This document shows, piece after piece, positions 1 through 9,203 of a stretch of DNA of 64,000 nt. The DNA is from Candidatus Acidiferrales bacterium (GTDB taxonomy: Bacteria > Acidobacteriota > Terriglobia > Acidiferrales > UBA7541). A model generated the notes under the pieces. The model was given only the letters and a program-made list of their open reading frames with translations. It was not told the DNA's origin and searched no databases. The DNA lies in assembly GCA_050746865.1 (NCBI GenBank), contig JBOGMU010000141.1:3142-67141 (forward strand), in the 5' to 3' direction. Each line of letters starts with the position of its first letter. Position 1 is the stretch's first letter. Both the position numbers and the translations under genes were made by a program.

Positions 1-541
1 GGACAAGTTCGAGCGCCTGCTTGGGTCCGAGGATGTAAGGAAGTATGGCTGCGGCAAGCGGCGGAAAAACGCCGAGACGAATTTCCGGTTGCGCGAAACG
101 CGCCTTTGGCGTCGCGATGACAAGATCGCCGAGCGCCGCAAGTTCGGCACCGCCGCCAAACGCCGCGCCGTTGACGACAACGAGCACGGGCTTCGAAGTA
201 TCGAGCATCGCCGAAAAAGCGGCGTGAAATGCATCCAGCAATTGGAAGACGCGGCGCTGCGTGTATTCGCCGAGTTCGATGCCGCCGCAGAATGCCTTGC
301 CTGCCGAATCGAGCACGATAAGCTTGATCGTGGCGCGTTCGCCCAACGTATTAATGCCGGCGGCGATTTCGGCGAGCATGCGCTCATTGAGGAGATTGTG
401 GTCAGGTCGATCAAGCGTGAGGCGCGCAACCTCGCCTTCAATACTCACTTTTACAAATTGAAATTCATCCAGCTTAGGTGGAACCAATGCCATCGAGCCG
501 AGGAGTTCTACACCACGCGCGTCTTTGTTCAGGATTGCCAT
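1..541 (-). CDS. enoyl-CoA hydratase/isomerase (crotonase) family protein; 3' end runs off the window
   Basis: Not in the ORF track because there is no stop inside the window. My reverse-complement translation from the ATG at 541-539 reads MAILNKDARGVELL...AGKAFCGGIELGEY...VVVNGAAFGGGAELAALGDLVIA...AQPEIRLGVFP, which carries crotonase-type motifs. The + strand ORFs at 45-559 are antisense shadows. Confidence 0.8.
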   Translation of the reverse strand, partial: MAILNKDARGVELLGSMALVPPKLDEFQFVKVSIEGEVARLTLDRPDHNLLNERMLAEIAAGINTLGERATIKLIVLDSAGKAFCGGIELGEYTQRRVFQLLDAFHAAFSAMLDTSKPVLVVVNGAAFGGGAELAALGDLVIATPKARFAQPEIRLGVFPPLAAAILPYILGPKQALELV

Positions 542-740
542 AGTTTTCTCGCGAAGTAAGAGATTAGGGTGTTTCGCGCGCGTCGGCTACCGGGCAGTAG
601 GACTGTGATGTGCAATCTGCTAAGGCCTACCTTCAGACGATGAGACGTGCCTTGGGCGAATTAAATAGCCTTGTTTCCCTCTGACTGGGAGTGGACAATG
701 TGACGCATTCTGCAAGTGTATTCGTGGGTGCGCGAAATTT

Positions 741-1709
741 ATGGTGCGGGATCTCACATTCGTAGGGCTGGGCGAGGCGCTGATCGATCTGTTTGAGGAT
801 GGATCTGCATCGCTGGGCGGAGCGCCGCTGAATGTGGCCGTTCATGCGCACCATTTACTTGCGCCCTTGAAATTGGGGCGCGGTATTGTCGTCAGCGCGG
901 TGGGAACAGACAAATGGGGCGCTCATGCTCGAACGGTGCTTGCTGAAAACGGGATGACGGCAGAATACGTCAAAACGAACGAGCATCCAACCGGGACTGC
1001 GACCGTTTTCGTGCGAAACGGCGAGCCGGGATTCGAAATCACCAAGGATGTAGCATGGGATTACGTGCGATCCAGCAATGCGACGGATGCACTTGCGGAT
1101 CGTTGTGACGCGATCTGCTTTGGAAGCTTGGCGCAACGCTCAGAGGCGTCGCGCGAGATGATTCGCGCATTCGTGCAGCGTGCGCGGAAAGCATGGCGGC
1201 TCTACGACGTGAATCTGCGCCGCAGCACGTTGAGCGGGAGCCGCGATTATTCGCGGGAAATTGTAGAGACCAGTTGCCGACTGAGTTCGGCAATGAAAGC
1301 CAATGAACAGGAGATGGCGGAGTTGGGCGAGATGTTTGCTGTGAAGGCCGTTGCCGACCGCGAAGGTGCGACGTATGCGCGAATGGAATTCTTCCTGAAG
1401 GAGTTTGGACTTGAAGCCGTGGTTGTGACGCGCGCGGAACGCGGCGCGATGGCGCTCACGCAAGACGAAAAGATTGCGATGCCGCCTTCACCGGCTACGA
1501 CAAGTGAGATTCATGCTGTGGGCGCGGGCGACGCCTTTTCCGCTGGAATTCTGCTTGGCCGGTCGCAGCGTTGGCCGTGGCGTGCGACGCTCGAATTGGC
1601 GGCCAAAATGGGAACTTGGGTGACGCGACACGTTTCGGCGATTCCGCAGCTCTCGCCGGCAATTCTCGAATATGTTGCCGATCAAAGGAGGCAACATGCG
1701 CGCACGTAG
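741..1709 (+). CDS. PfkB-family carbohydrate kinase (fructokinase-like)
   Basis: 322-aa ORF. N-terminal GLGEALIDLF...GGAPLNVA and C-terminal AVGAGDAFSAG motifs are typical of PfkB ribokinase-family sugar kinases. Confidence 0.85.
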   Translation: MVRDLTFVGLGEALIDLFEDGSASLGGAPLNVAVHAHHLLAPLKLGRGIVVSAVGTDKWGAHARTVLAENGMTAEYVKTNEHPTGTATVFVRNGEPGFEITKDVAWDYVRSSNATDALADRCDAICFGSLAQRSEASREMIRAFVQRARKAWRLYDVNLRRSTLSGSRDYSREIVETSCRLSSAMKANEQEMAELGEMFAVKAVADREGATYARMEFFLKEFGLEAVVVTRAERGAMALTQDEKIAMPPSPATTSEIHAVGAGDAFSAGILLGRSQRWPWRATLELAAKMGTWVTRHVSAIPQLSPAILEYVADQRRQHART

Positions 1710-1727
1710 AATCGAGCGGAGGCCACA

Positions 1728-3068
1728 TTGCGATTGAATGGACAGCTGATGCGGGCTGCGTTTGCGGGCGCGCTCGCGGGACTACTTTTCGGCTTCGATA
1801 CGGCCGTGATTTCCGGCACGACTGACAGCCTCGTGCACGCGTACCGGCTGAGTCCGTTCCAACTGGGGGTGACCGTATCGATCGCGCTGATCGGGACTGT
1901 GATCTCGGCGATTTCAGCAGGCGTGATTGGGCAGGATATGGGGAGTCGCGCGACGCTGCGGCTTACGGCTGTGCTGTACATTTTTTCCGCAGTGGGCTCG
2001 TGTTTCGCGCTCAATTGGCCGATGTTGCTGATGTCGCGCTTCATCGGCGGGCTGGCGATCGGAGCGTCGTCCGTGGTGGCACCCGTTTACATCGCCGAGA
2101 TTTCTCCGGCTACGTGGCGTGGCCGAATGGTGGGGATGTTTCAGATCAACATTGTTGTCGGAATTTTGCTCGCATACCTCTCAAACTTCGGAGTGCAACA
2201 TCTTTATCTGGGTCCGATGGAATGGCGCGCGGAATTCGGAGTGGCGATTATTCCGGCCGTGCTGTTTTTCGCGATGCTGTTCAATATTCCGCAGAGCCCG
2301 CGATGGTTAGTAACGCGCGATCGCGGCGCAGAAGCGAGAGAGGTGCTGGCTCGGATCGGCAATGCCAATCCAGATGCTGAATTGGAAGAGATCGCCGCCG
2401 CGGTGCGAACGGCGCGAACGGAACATGGAGAAAGCCTCTTCGTGCGGCGGTATGCTTTCCCAATTTTCCTGGCGCTTTCGATCGGCGCGCTGAATCAGCT
2501 CTCGGGCATCAACGCAATTCTTTACTACCTGAATGACATCTTCGCAAGCGCGGGATTTAATGCTCTATCCGGCGGTGCACAAGCTGTCGCGATCGGGCTG
2601 GTGAACATGCTTGCGACATTTGTGGCGATGAGCGTCATCGACAAGATGGGGCGCAAGAAGCTGCTGTTGATCGGATCTGTGGGAACTGCCGCCGCGCTTG
2701 CTGGCGTGACCGCGATTTTCGCGAAGCAGCAGCATCAGGACTGGCTGCTGCCGCTGCTGATTGTTTACATTTTCTCGTTTGCGATTTCGCAGGGCGCGGT
2801 AATTTGGGTCTACATCAGCGAGATTTTCCCTTCTACCGTGCGCGCAAAGGGACAAGCGCTTGGATGTACGGCTCATTGGGGCATGAACGCGCTGATCGCG
2901 CTGACGTTTCCTATTATTGCCGTGCATTCGCATGCGCTGCCTTTCGGCTTCTTCGCCGCGATGATGGTCGTGCAATTCCTGGTTGTGCTGTTTGTTTATC
3001 CCGAAACGAAGGGTGTTTCGCTGGAAGCGCTAGAGAAAAAACTGGGACTTGTTACGGCAGAAAATTAG
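1728..3068 (+). CDS. MFS sugar porter (sugar:H+ symporter family)
   Basis: 446-aa ORF with LLFGFDTAVISG, PQSPRWL and PETKG signatures and about 12 hydrophobic segments. The start is either TTG 1728 or the in-frame ATG 1749. It follows the kinase gene by 18 nt. Confidence 0.9.
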   Translation: MRLNGQLMRAAFAGALAGLLFGFDTAVISGTTDSLVHAYRLSPFQLGVTVSIALIGTVISAISAGVIGQDMGSRATLRLTAVLYIFSAVGSCFALNWPMLLMSRFIGGLAIGASSVVAPVYIAEISPATWRGRMVGMFQINIVVGILLAYLSNFGVQHLYLGPMEWRAEFGVAIIPAVLFFAMLFNIPQSPRWLVTRDRGAEAREVLARIGNANPDAELEEIAAAVRTARTEHGESLFVRRYAFPIFLALSIGALNQLSGINAILYYLNDIFASAGFNALSGGAQAVAIGLVNMLATFVAMSVIDKMGRKKLLLIGSVGTAAALAGVTAIFAKQQHQDWLLPLLIVYIFSFAISQGAVIWVYISEIFPSTVRAKGQALGCTAHWGMNALIALTFPIIAVHSHALPFGFFAAMMVVQFLVVLFVYPETKGVSLEALEKKLGLVTAEN

Positions 3069-3073
3069 GCAGG

Positions 3074-4342
3074 TCACTTTTGGTTGTATGTAATGCGCCC
3101 TGCGACAATCGTTGCCATTGGACCGCCACGAAAGGCGCGGCCCCCGAACGGCGTGTTGCGCGATTTGCTTGGCGACTCGGCGGCATTGTAGGTCCAGGCG
3201 CGGTCTGGCGAGAAGATCGTGATATCGGCTGGCTGGCCGATCGCGATCTTGCGTTCGATTCCCAGCACGCGTGCAGGACCTGTTGTAAAAAGCTCGATCA
3301 ATCGCATCAGCGAAAGCTTGCCTGAGTGGACAAGTTCGGTCAGACCTAGCGCCAACGCCGTCTCAAAACCCGTAATGCCGAAGGGTGCGCGGTCAAATTC
3401 GACATCTTTGCTGGCAGCATGATGAGGCGCATGATCTGTTGCAATTGCGTCGATGCTGCCGTCTGCAAGGCCTTCGATCAGCGCATCGCGGTCGCTGCGC
3501 GACGCGAGCGGCGGGTTCATCTTGTAGCGGCTATCGTAGCGAACGTCTTCGTCAGTTAACGCGAAGTGATGCGGCGTGACTTCGCATGTAACCCGAAGCC
3601 CCTGGTTCTTCGCCGCGCGCACATATTCCAGCGATCCACGCGTGGACATGTGAGCTATGTGTAGCCTGGCGTTCGCCAACCCGGCGACCGCCACGTCCCG
3701 CCCGACGCATATCGATTCGGACTCCGCCGGAATGCCCTTTAACCCGAGGCGAGCCGACTGCTGCCCCTCGCGCATGACGCCGCCGGCAAACAGGGATGGA
3801 TCTTCGCAGTGATCAATGACGGGTAGACCGAGCGATTCGCAGTACTCCATCGCCTGACGCATCAACCGAGCTGTTGCTACGGGCTTCCCATCATCGCTGA
3901 CGGCAACGATCCCCGCTTCTTTCATGCCAGCGATCTCGGCGAGGGCTTCGCCCTTACTTCCGATCGAAACTGCACCAATAGGCCAGACTCGAACGGAGCC
4001 ATTCGCCTTGGCACGTTCGACGATTCCATGGGTCACGGACGCACTGTCGTTCACAGGTTGAGTATTCGGCATGCAGCAAACAGCCGTAAAGCCCCCTTTG
4101 GCCGCCGATCTGGTGCCTGTTTCGATAGTCTCTGAGAGTTCCTGGCCGGGCTCACGCAAGTGGCAGTGTAGATCGATGAAGCCGGGTGCAACGATCAGCC
4201 CTTCGGCATCAAAAACTTCGGCATTTCCTGCGGAAAGATCGGCACCTACACGCATGATGCGTTCACCGTCGAGAAGAACGTCCATTGCGGAGTCTGTCTT
4301 CGCCGAAGGGTCGAGGACGCGGCCATTCTTAATCAGCAGCAT
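3074..4342 (-). CDS. pyrC: dihydroorotase
   Basis: 422-aa ORF with the metal-binding motif DLHCHLREPG and overall amidohydrolase architecture. It lies directly downstream of pyrB with a 14-nt overlap. Confidence 0.9.
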   Translation of the reverse strand: MLLIKNGRVLDPSAKTDSAMDVLLDGERIMRVGADLSAGNAEVFDAEGLIVAPGFIDLHCHLREPGQELSETIETGTRSAAKGGFTAVCCMPNTQPVNDSASVTHGIVERAKANGSVRVWPIGAVSIGSKGEALAEIAGMKEAGIVAVSDDGKPVATARLMRQAMEYCESLGLPVIDHCEDPSLFAGGVMREGQQSARLGLKGIPAESESICVGRDVAVAGLANARLHIAHMSTRGSLEYVRAAKNQGLRVTCEVTPHHFALTDEDVRYDSRYKMNPPLASRSDRDALIEGLADGSIDAIATDHAPHHAASKDVEFDRAPFGITGFETALALGLTELVHSGKLSLMRLIELFTTGPARVLGIERKIAIGQPADITIFSPDRAWTYNAAESPSKSRNTPFGGRAFRGGPMATIVAGRITYNQK

Positions 4343-5300
4343 TTGAACGTTCCTTTGCGGGATGGGGCGCGTCCGCCGGAGCGCCTCCTACGAGGTGATA
4401 AAGTGATGCCATGCGAATAGCCAAGCCGTTCGTAACCTGTTCCAACACATATGATTGCGGGCCATCGGCAACGGCCGGATCGATCTCCAGGCCGCGAATC
4501 ATGGGCCCCGGATGTAGAACCATCGCGTCTGGGCGAGCCAGGCGTAGGCGTTCCGGCGTTAGCTGGTAACGCAGGATATAGTCGGCCTCAGACAGCGACG
4601 GCTCATGCAAGCGCTCCGTCTGGACCCGCAGGACCATTAGCACGTCCGCGTCTCTAAGAGCATCCTCTATGGGTGGCACGCGACGGACACCGGGCGCTAG
4701 CCCCTCCAGAATCGCAGGCATCCACATGGGTGGACCACAAAGGGTGACCCGAGTGCCAAATTTGGTCAGCAGATGGATATTAGAACGTGCCACACGACTG
4801 TGAAGCAGATCGCCTATGATGGTGATGTTCAAGCCTTCGAGAGTTCCCTTCCGATCGCGAATCGTGAGGGCATCGAGCAATGCCTGGGTGGGATGTTCGT
4901 GGCTGCCATCGCCCGCATTAAGGACAGGAATTCCCAGGCGCTCTGCCACGAATTCGGCGGCGCCGGAGGCTGCGTGCCGAACGACAATACCGTCCGGCCG
5001 CATGGCCTCGAGTGTCCTGACGGTATCTATGAGAGATTCGCCCTTTTTGACGCTGGAGGATTCCGCCTGAAGATTCATGGAGTCCGCGCCCAAGCGCGAG
5101 GCGGCGGTGGCAAAGCTGATCCGGGTGCGGGTGGAAGGCTCAAAGAACGCCAATGCGACGGTTTTGCCGCGCAGAGTTGCGAGCTTTTTCAGAGGATGCC
5201 GTTGAAATTCCTGGAAGGGTTTCGCCTGATCGAGAAAAAAGTTCACCTGCTCGACGGTGAGTGGCTCAATTCCGAGCAAGTGTTGCAGGCGTTGTAGCAC
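4329..5300 (-). CDS. pyrB: aspartate carbamoyltransferase catalytic subunit
   Basis: 323-aa ORF with the STRTR carbamoyl-phosphate motif, HPTQ and HPGP motifs. Confidence 0.95.
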   Translation of the reverse strand: MLQRLQHLLGIEPLTVEQVNFFLDQAKPFQEFQRHPLKKLATLRGKTVALAFFEPSTRTRISFATAASRLGADSMNLQAESSSVKKGESLIDTVRTLEAMRPDGIVVRHAASGAAEFVAERLGIPVLNAGDGSHEHPTQALLDALTIRDRKGTLEGLNITIIGDLLHSRVARSNIHLLTKFGTRVTLCGPPMWMPAILEGLAPGVRRVPPIEDALRDADVLMVLRVQTERLHEPSLSEADYILRYQLTPERLRLARPDAMVLHPGPMIRGLEIDPAVADGPQSYVLEQVTNGLAIRMASLYHLVGGAPADAPHPAKERSNAAD

Positions 5301-5351
5301 TGGAACCTGTTGTTTCCCCGCCAGTTAGGGCGGCCTCCTCTTCACGGCAAC

Positions 5352-5912
5352 TTAGGCGACTCTATCTACGATTACCACCCGCTCTTCGTTGTCGATCTCA
5401 CGCAGCCGAACCTCCACAATCTCAGTATCCGTGGTTTCGACTGTGCGACCTACAAAGCTAGCTTCGATCGGTAGTTCGCGATGACCGCGATCAATAAGTA
5501 CACACAACTGCACCCGCCGCGGACGGCCCAAATCGAAAAGCCCATTCATGGCAGCACGGATAGTGCGACCAGTGTAAAGGACATCGTCGATGATGAGCAA
5601 GTCGCGACCGTCTACTTCGAAGTCTATGTCGGTGGAATGCACGATGGGCTGAGCACCGACAGTCGAAAGATCGTCGCGGTAGAGCGTTATATCCAGCGTG
5701 CCGAGGCCGACATGGTGCTTACCGTCTGCTTGAATAAAGCTAGCCAGGCGCTCAGAGAGCGGGACGCCACGCCGACGGATTCCGATCAAGGCAAGTCCTT
5801 CGGCCCCACCGGTCTCCTCTACAATTTCATGGGCTAATCTTTTGAGCGTACGGTCAATCTGCTCAGCGGAGAGGAGCTGACGCTTTTCTATGATGCGCAT
5901 CGGGCGCCTCAT
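5352..5912 (-). CDS. pyrR: bifunctional pyr operon regulator / uracil phosphoribosyltransferase PyrR
   Basis: The C-terminal 186 aa of the listed 444-aa ORF (MRRPMRIIEKRQLLSAEQI...LLIIDDVLYTGRTIRAA...) has the PRPP-binding loop. The upstream part of that ORF is antisense to pyrD and is rejected. The alternative ATG is at 5900. Confidence 0.9.
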   Translation of the reverse strand: MRRPMRIIEKRQLLSAEQIDRTLKRLAHEIVEETGGAEGLALIGIRRRGVPLSERLASFIQADGKHHVGLGTLDITLYRDDLSTVGAQPIVHSTDIDFEVDGRDLLIIDDVLYTGRTIRAAMNGLFDLGRPRRVQLCVLIDRGHRELPIEASFVGRTVETTDTEIVEVRLREIDNEERVVIVDRVA

Positions 5913-6011
5913 CCTAGCATAGAGACGTAAAATCACACTCGCGGAATGGCTGTGGAAAACGCGGTTTTTTGAGCTGGCCGGGCGGTCAGGTACCTGATAG
6001 ACTTTCGGGCA

Positions 6012-7019
6012 GTGACTTTGACCGAGGCTGCTCGCATTCCAATGTCTGCGCGCCAGGCAGACAGAGCCACCAGGTCCCCGGGGGTTGACCTCCGGGTTGA
6101 AGTAGGTTCCCTGTCTCTGCGTAATCCCATCATCGCCGCCAGCGGCACTTTTGGGTACGGGGCTGAGTTTGCGCACCTCGTTGACCTGAACAAGCTGGGC
6201 GGCATCGCGGTCAAAGGCCTCTCGATCAAGCCCAAAACGGGAAATTTGGCTCCTCGGATGTGCGAAACAACTGGAGGTATGCTCAATTCCATAGGGCTGC
6301 AGAATATTGGAGTTAAAGGGTTTATCACCGAGAAGCTGCCGTCGCTCCGCCCCTATCGAGTGCCGATCATAGCAAACGTTTTCGGCGAAACTACAGCCGA
6401 GTACGTGGAAGTGATTCGAATGCTTGAGGATGCCGACGGTGTGGCGGCCTATGAACTCAACATTTCGTGCCCGAATGTGGAGCATGGTGGGGCGGAATAT
6501 AGTACTGACCCCTCCCTGACTGCGGAAGTAGTAGAAGCCGCCCGGAAGGCGGCTAGCCGACCCCTGTGGGTGAAGCTCTCGCCAGCTATTGGAATCATTG
6601 GACTTATAGCAAAGGAAGCGGAAAACTCTGGCGCCGACGCCCTCGTCGTCGCCAATACGTATCCCGCACTGTGTATAGACGCACACAATCGGCGGTCCCG
6701 TATTGGTAGTACGACCGGCGGGTTGTCCGGTGCGGCGGTAAAACCTATAACGATGAGGTTGGTGAACGAGGTTAGTCGGGTAATTCGCATACCGATCATA
6801 GGGTTAGGCGGTATTGAGAGCCCTACCGACGTAGCTGAATATATGCTCGCCGGAGCCTCGGCGGTTGAAGTTGGCACCGCCCATTTCGCGGATCCTCGGG
6901 CTTCAGAGAAGTTAGTAGAGGGCCTCGAAAAGTGGTGCCGGGACGAAAATCTATCTGAAATCAGCAGCTTACGGGGAACTTTACAGACCGATCAGCCCCG
7001 GAAAGACACAAGATGCTGA
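6012..7019 (+). CDS. pyrD: dihydroorotate dehydrogenase, class 1 (1B-like catalytic subunit)
   Basis: 335-aa ORF with NPIIAASGTFGYG, NISCPN (catalytic Cys) and GGI motifs. The start is GTG 6012 or ATG 6042. Confidence 0.9.
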   Translation: MTLTEAARIPMSARQADRATRSPGVDLRVEVGSLSLRNPIIAASGTFGYGAEFAHLVDLNKLGGIAVKGLSIKPKTGNLAPRMCETTGGMLNSIGLQNIGVKGFITEKLPSLRPYRVPIIANVFGETTAEYVEVIRMLEDADGVAAYELNISCPNVEHGGAEYSTDPSLTAEVVEAARKAASRPLWVKLSPAIGIIGLIAKEAENSGADALVVANTYPALCIDAHNRRSRIGSTTGGLSGAAVKPITMRLVNEVSRVIRIPIIGLGGIESPTDVAEYMLAGASAVEVGTAHFADPRASEKLVEGLEKWCRDENLSEISSLRGTLQTDQPRKDTRC

Positions 7020-7552
7020 TTCAAATGAGGATAGCGACAATGAGAGCGAAGCTGTTCGTCGTACTCGAGTCGGTGTTTTTGGGACTGGGGCTGCTTATCT
7101 TGACTCCTTCCGTCAATCCGCGTCCGATTGCTAAGGCGAGCACTCAAACCCAAACTGTCCGCTCGAACAACAACTCCGCACACGCTTTCCCCGCAGCACA
7201 GAATAAGAAGAGGGGCCCCCAGCCCTTGGCAGTCTGGGAATGCACTACGAGCTGGTATGGAGGAGACTTTGACGGCCAGCCTACCGCAACAGGCGAGACC
7301 TATGATATGTATGCAGATACCGCCGCGCACCCGACTCTGCCTCTGGGTTCGATCGTGCGCGTAACGAATCCGCGGAACCACCGTAGCCAGATCGTCCGCA
7401 TTAATGATCGCGGCCCCTATGTGGAAGGCCGGGAGCTGGACGTCTCCTACGCGGTGGCGCAGAAGCTCGGTTTTGACCAGCGTGGAACCGCCAAGGTCCG
7501 GCTGGAACTGCTTGAGGTGCCGAAACGCAGCGGTGCGGAACACCACTACTGA
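7013..7552 (+). CDS. rlpA: RlpA-family septal-ring lytic transglycosylase (DPBB domain) with signal/TM segment
   Basis: 179-aa ORF containing TSWYGGDFDGQPTATGETYDMY...AAHPTLPLGSIVRVTN...VRINDRGPY, the typical RlpA double-psi beta-barrel signature. Confidence 0.85.
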   Translation: MLIQMRIATMRAKLFVVLESVFLGLGLLILTPSVNPRPIAKASTQTQTVRSNNNSAHAFPAAQNKKRGPQPLAVWECTTSWYGGDFDGQPTATGETYDMYADTAAHPTLPLGSIVRVTNPRNHRSQIVRINDRGPYVEGRELDVSYAVAQKLGFDQRGTAKVRLELLEVPKRSGAEHHY

Positions 7553-8288
7553 TCGTTTACCAATTGTCGCCCTCGATTTTGACCGCGCGGGGCCGGCTTA
7601 CGCATTGGCGGAACGGCTCCGCGGGTCAGCAGAAATCTTCAAAGTAGGAAGCCAACTCTTTACAGCCGAGGGTCCCAAGGTCGTCGAAAAGATTGCGGAC
7701 CTGGGCTTCGATATATTCCTCGATCTAAAGTTTCACGATATTCCCAACACCGTTGCCGGGGCGGTCGCGGCTGCGGCGGAATTGCCGCGCGTCAAGATGC
7801 TGACGTTGCACACGACGGGCGGACTGGCAATGATGCGGGCGGCGCGCGATGCTGTGGATGGTAAGGAGAAGCGACCAGCGCTCCTCGGTGTGACCATCCT
7901 GACGAGCATGGACGCGCAAGCGATGGAAGGTGTTGGGCTTGCGGGCACACCAGGGTCGCGGGCGCTTTCTCTGGCGAAACTGGCGAAAGAGGCTGGTCTA
8001 GACGGAGTGGTGGCGTCCGCACATGAAGTGGCGGCAATTCGAGAGGCGTGCGGTCCGGAGTTTCTGATTGTGGTGCCAGGGATTCGGCCTGCGAGCGCCG
8101 CGGTGAACGATCAGAGCCGCGTTGCAACACCAGGTGACGCCATCAGGGCTGGCGCGAGCTATTTAGTGGTGGGGCGGCCGATCACAGGCGCGCCAGATCC
8201 CGCCAAAGCGGCGGCCTCTATAGCGGCTGAAATCAGCGCGGCGGCGGAAAATTTTACCGACGCTATTCGAGCTAAAGATGGCAGGTAG
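7533..8288 (+). CDS. pyrF: orotidine 5'-phosphate decarboxylase
   Basis: The ORF 7404-8288 contains IVALDF...DLKFHDIPNTV...VVGRPI motifs. The N-terminal 43 codons overlap rlpA in another frame, so I prefer the in-frame GTG at 7533. The exact start is uncertain. Confidence 0.85.
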   Translation: MRNTTTDRLPIVALDFDRAGPAYALAERLRGSAEIFKVGSQLFTAEGPKVVEKIADLGFDIFLDLKFHDIPNTVAGAVAAAAELPRVKMLTLHTTGGLAMMRAARDAVDGKEKRPALLGVTILTSMDAQAMEGVGLAGTPGSRALSLAKLAKEAGLDGVVASAHEVAAIREACGPEFLIVVPGIRPASAAVNDQSRVATPGDAIRAGASYLVVGRPITGAPDPAKAAASIAAEISAAAENFTDAIRAKDGR

Positions 8289-8648
8289 GCTGCCGACACT
8301 GGCACCCTAAAATCCCTTTAAATGCAAAAAGTGGCCGGCTCTGGCGCCCTAAAAAAAGGAATTCTGTCAGAGCGCGCAGCTCGCGACACTTCGGCGCTTT
8401 TCAGGCGGTAACAGCCAAAAAGCGGTCAACCGAAGAGTCGGTCGGAAACTGCCCGATAAGAATTGCCGTCCGAAAAATTCGGAACCTTCGTCCGATCGCA
8501 TGGTCGAAAGCAGAGTGTGCCGCTCCGGTGCTCCGAAAACTGGATGCCTGCGTCAAAAGTGCTATACTCAAGGTCTCGGAAGCTTCCCTTCGCACCGGCA
8601 TTGCGCTAAAGTACCCGACCGGGCAGGTCAGTCCGAGAGAGGGCTTGT

Positions 8649-9113
8649 ATGGAACTTTTGTCTCCGTTTCATTTGATCGTAATACTCGCCGTAGTGGTGC
8701 TGCTATTCGGCGGCAGAAAGATCCCTGAAGTGATGCGCGGCATGGGCGAGGGAATCCGCAGCTTCAAGGAAGGAGTGCGGGGGGATGCAAACGCTGCCCC
8801 GACACAGACGGCGCCGATGTTGACAGTTTCGGCTTCGCCGAATCCTACGATGATGGGCCACCCCGTGACGCTGACGGCGACGATTTCTCCCGCACCCAGC
8901 GGCGCGGCGCTCGGCACGGTGAGCTTTTTCAACGGTTCGACTCCGCTTGGAACAGCGAATGTGGTGGCGGGCGGAATGGCCTCAGTGACGACGAGCAATC
9001 TGCCAGCGGGTGCGGTGCATGTGATGGCCGCGTATTCGGGAAATGCGAATTTGACGGCGGCGAGCGGCGTTGTACCGGTGACGGTGAATTCGTCAGTCGC
9101 GGTGGGGACCTGA
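8649..9113 (+). CDS. tatA: TatA/E-family twin-arginine translocase subunit fused to a C-terminal bacterial Ig-like (Big_3_5-like) domain
   Basis: The N-terminus LIVILAVVVLLFGGRKIPEVMRGMGEGIRSFKEG is a canonical TatA TM helix plus amphipathic helix. Residues about 60-150 (VSASPNPTMMGHPVTLTATIS...GTVSFFNGSTPLGTANV...AAYSGNANLTAAS) look like an Ig-like repeat. Confidence 0.85.
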   Translation: MELLSPFHLIVILAVVVLLFGGRKIPEVMRGMGEGIRSFKEGVRGDANAAPTQTAPMLTVSASPNPTMMGHPVTLTATISPAPSGAALGTVSFFNGSTPLGTANVVAGGMASVTTSNLPAGAVHVMAAYSGNANLTAASGVVPVTVNSSVAVGT

Positions 9114-9132
9114 GTCACTTCGGCGAAATGGA

Positions 9133-9192
9133 GGAAGAGGGGTCCTTCGGGCCGCTTCGCGTCCGTCAGGATGACGGCATTTGAACATTTTG
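9133..9192 (+). repeat. dispersed repeat family 1, copy A (GGTCCTTCG...variable GC core...CAGGATGACG + CATTTGA/ACATTTTGA flank)
   Basis: It shares its termini with copies at 16934-16984, 20525-20577 and, reverse-oriented, 62551-62580. It lies between the tatA stop and its terminator. Confidence 0.8.
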
Positions 9193-9203
9193 ATCCAAGG
9201 AAA

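Noticed and set aside
5913-6011. Possible PyrR-binding attenuator upstream of pyrR or pyrD
   Set aside because: I could not find the conserved PyrR binding-loop sequence or an anti-terminator/terminator pair. Only a weak AAAAC-gcg-GTTTT stem is present.
5913-6686. N-terminal 258 codons of the listed 444-aa minus-strand ORF
   Set aside because: Only the last 186 codons are PyrR. The upstream part is antisense to pyrD and crosses the pyrR/pyrD promoter region.
8300-8347. TGGCAC / TGGCGC motifs resembling sigma-54 -24 elements (also at 62267-62272 and 62459-62464)
   Set aside because: None has a TTGC-type -12 element at the required spacing of 4-5 nt. One of them lies in a hairpin loop.
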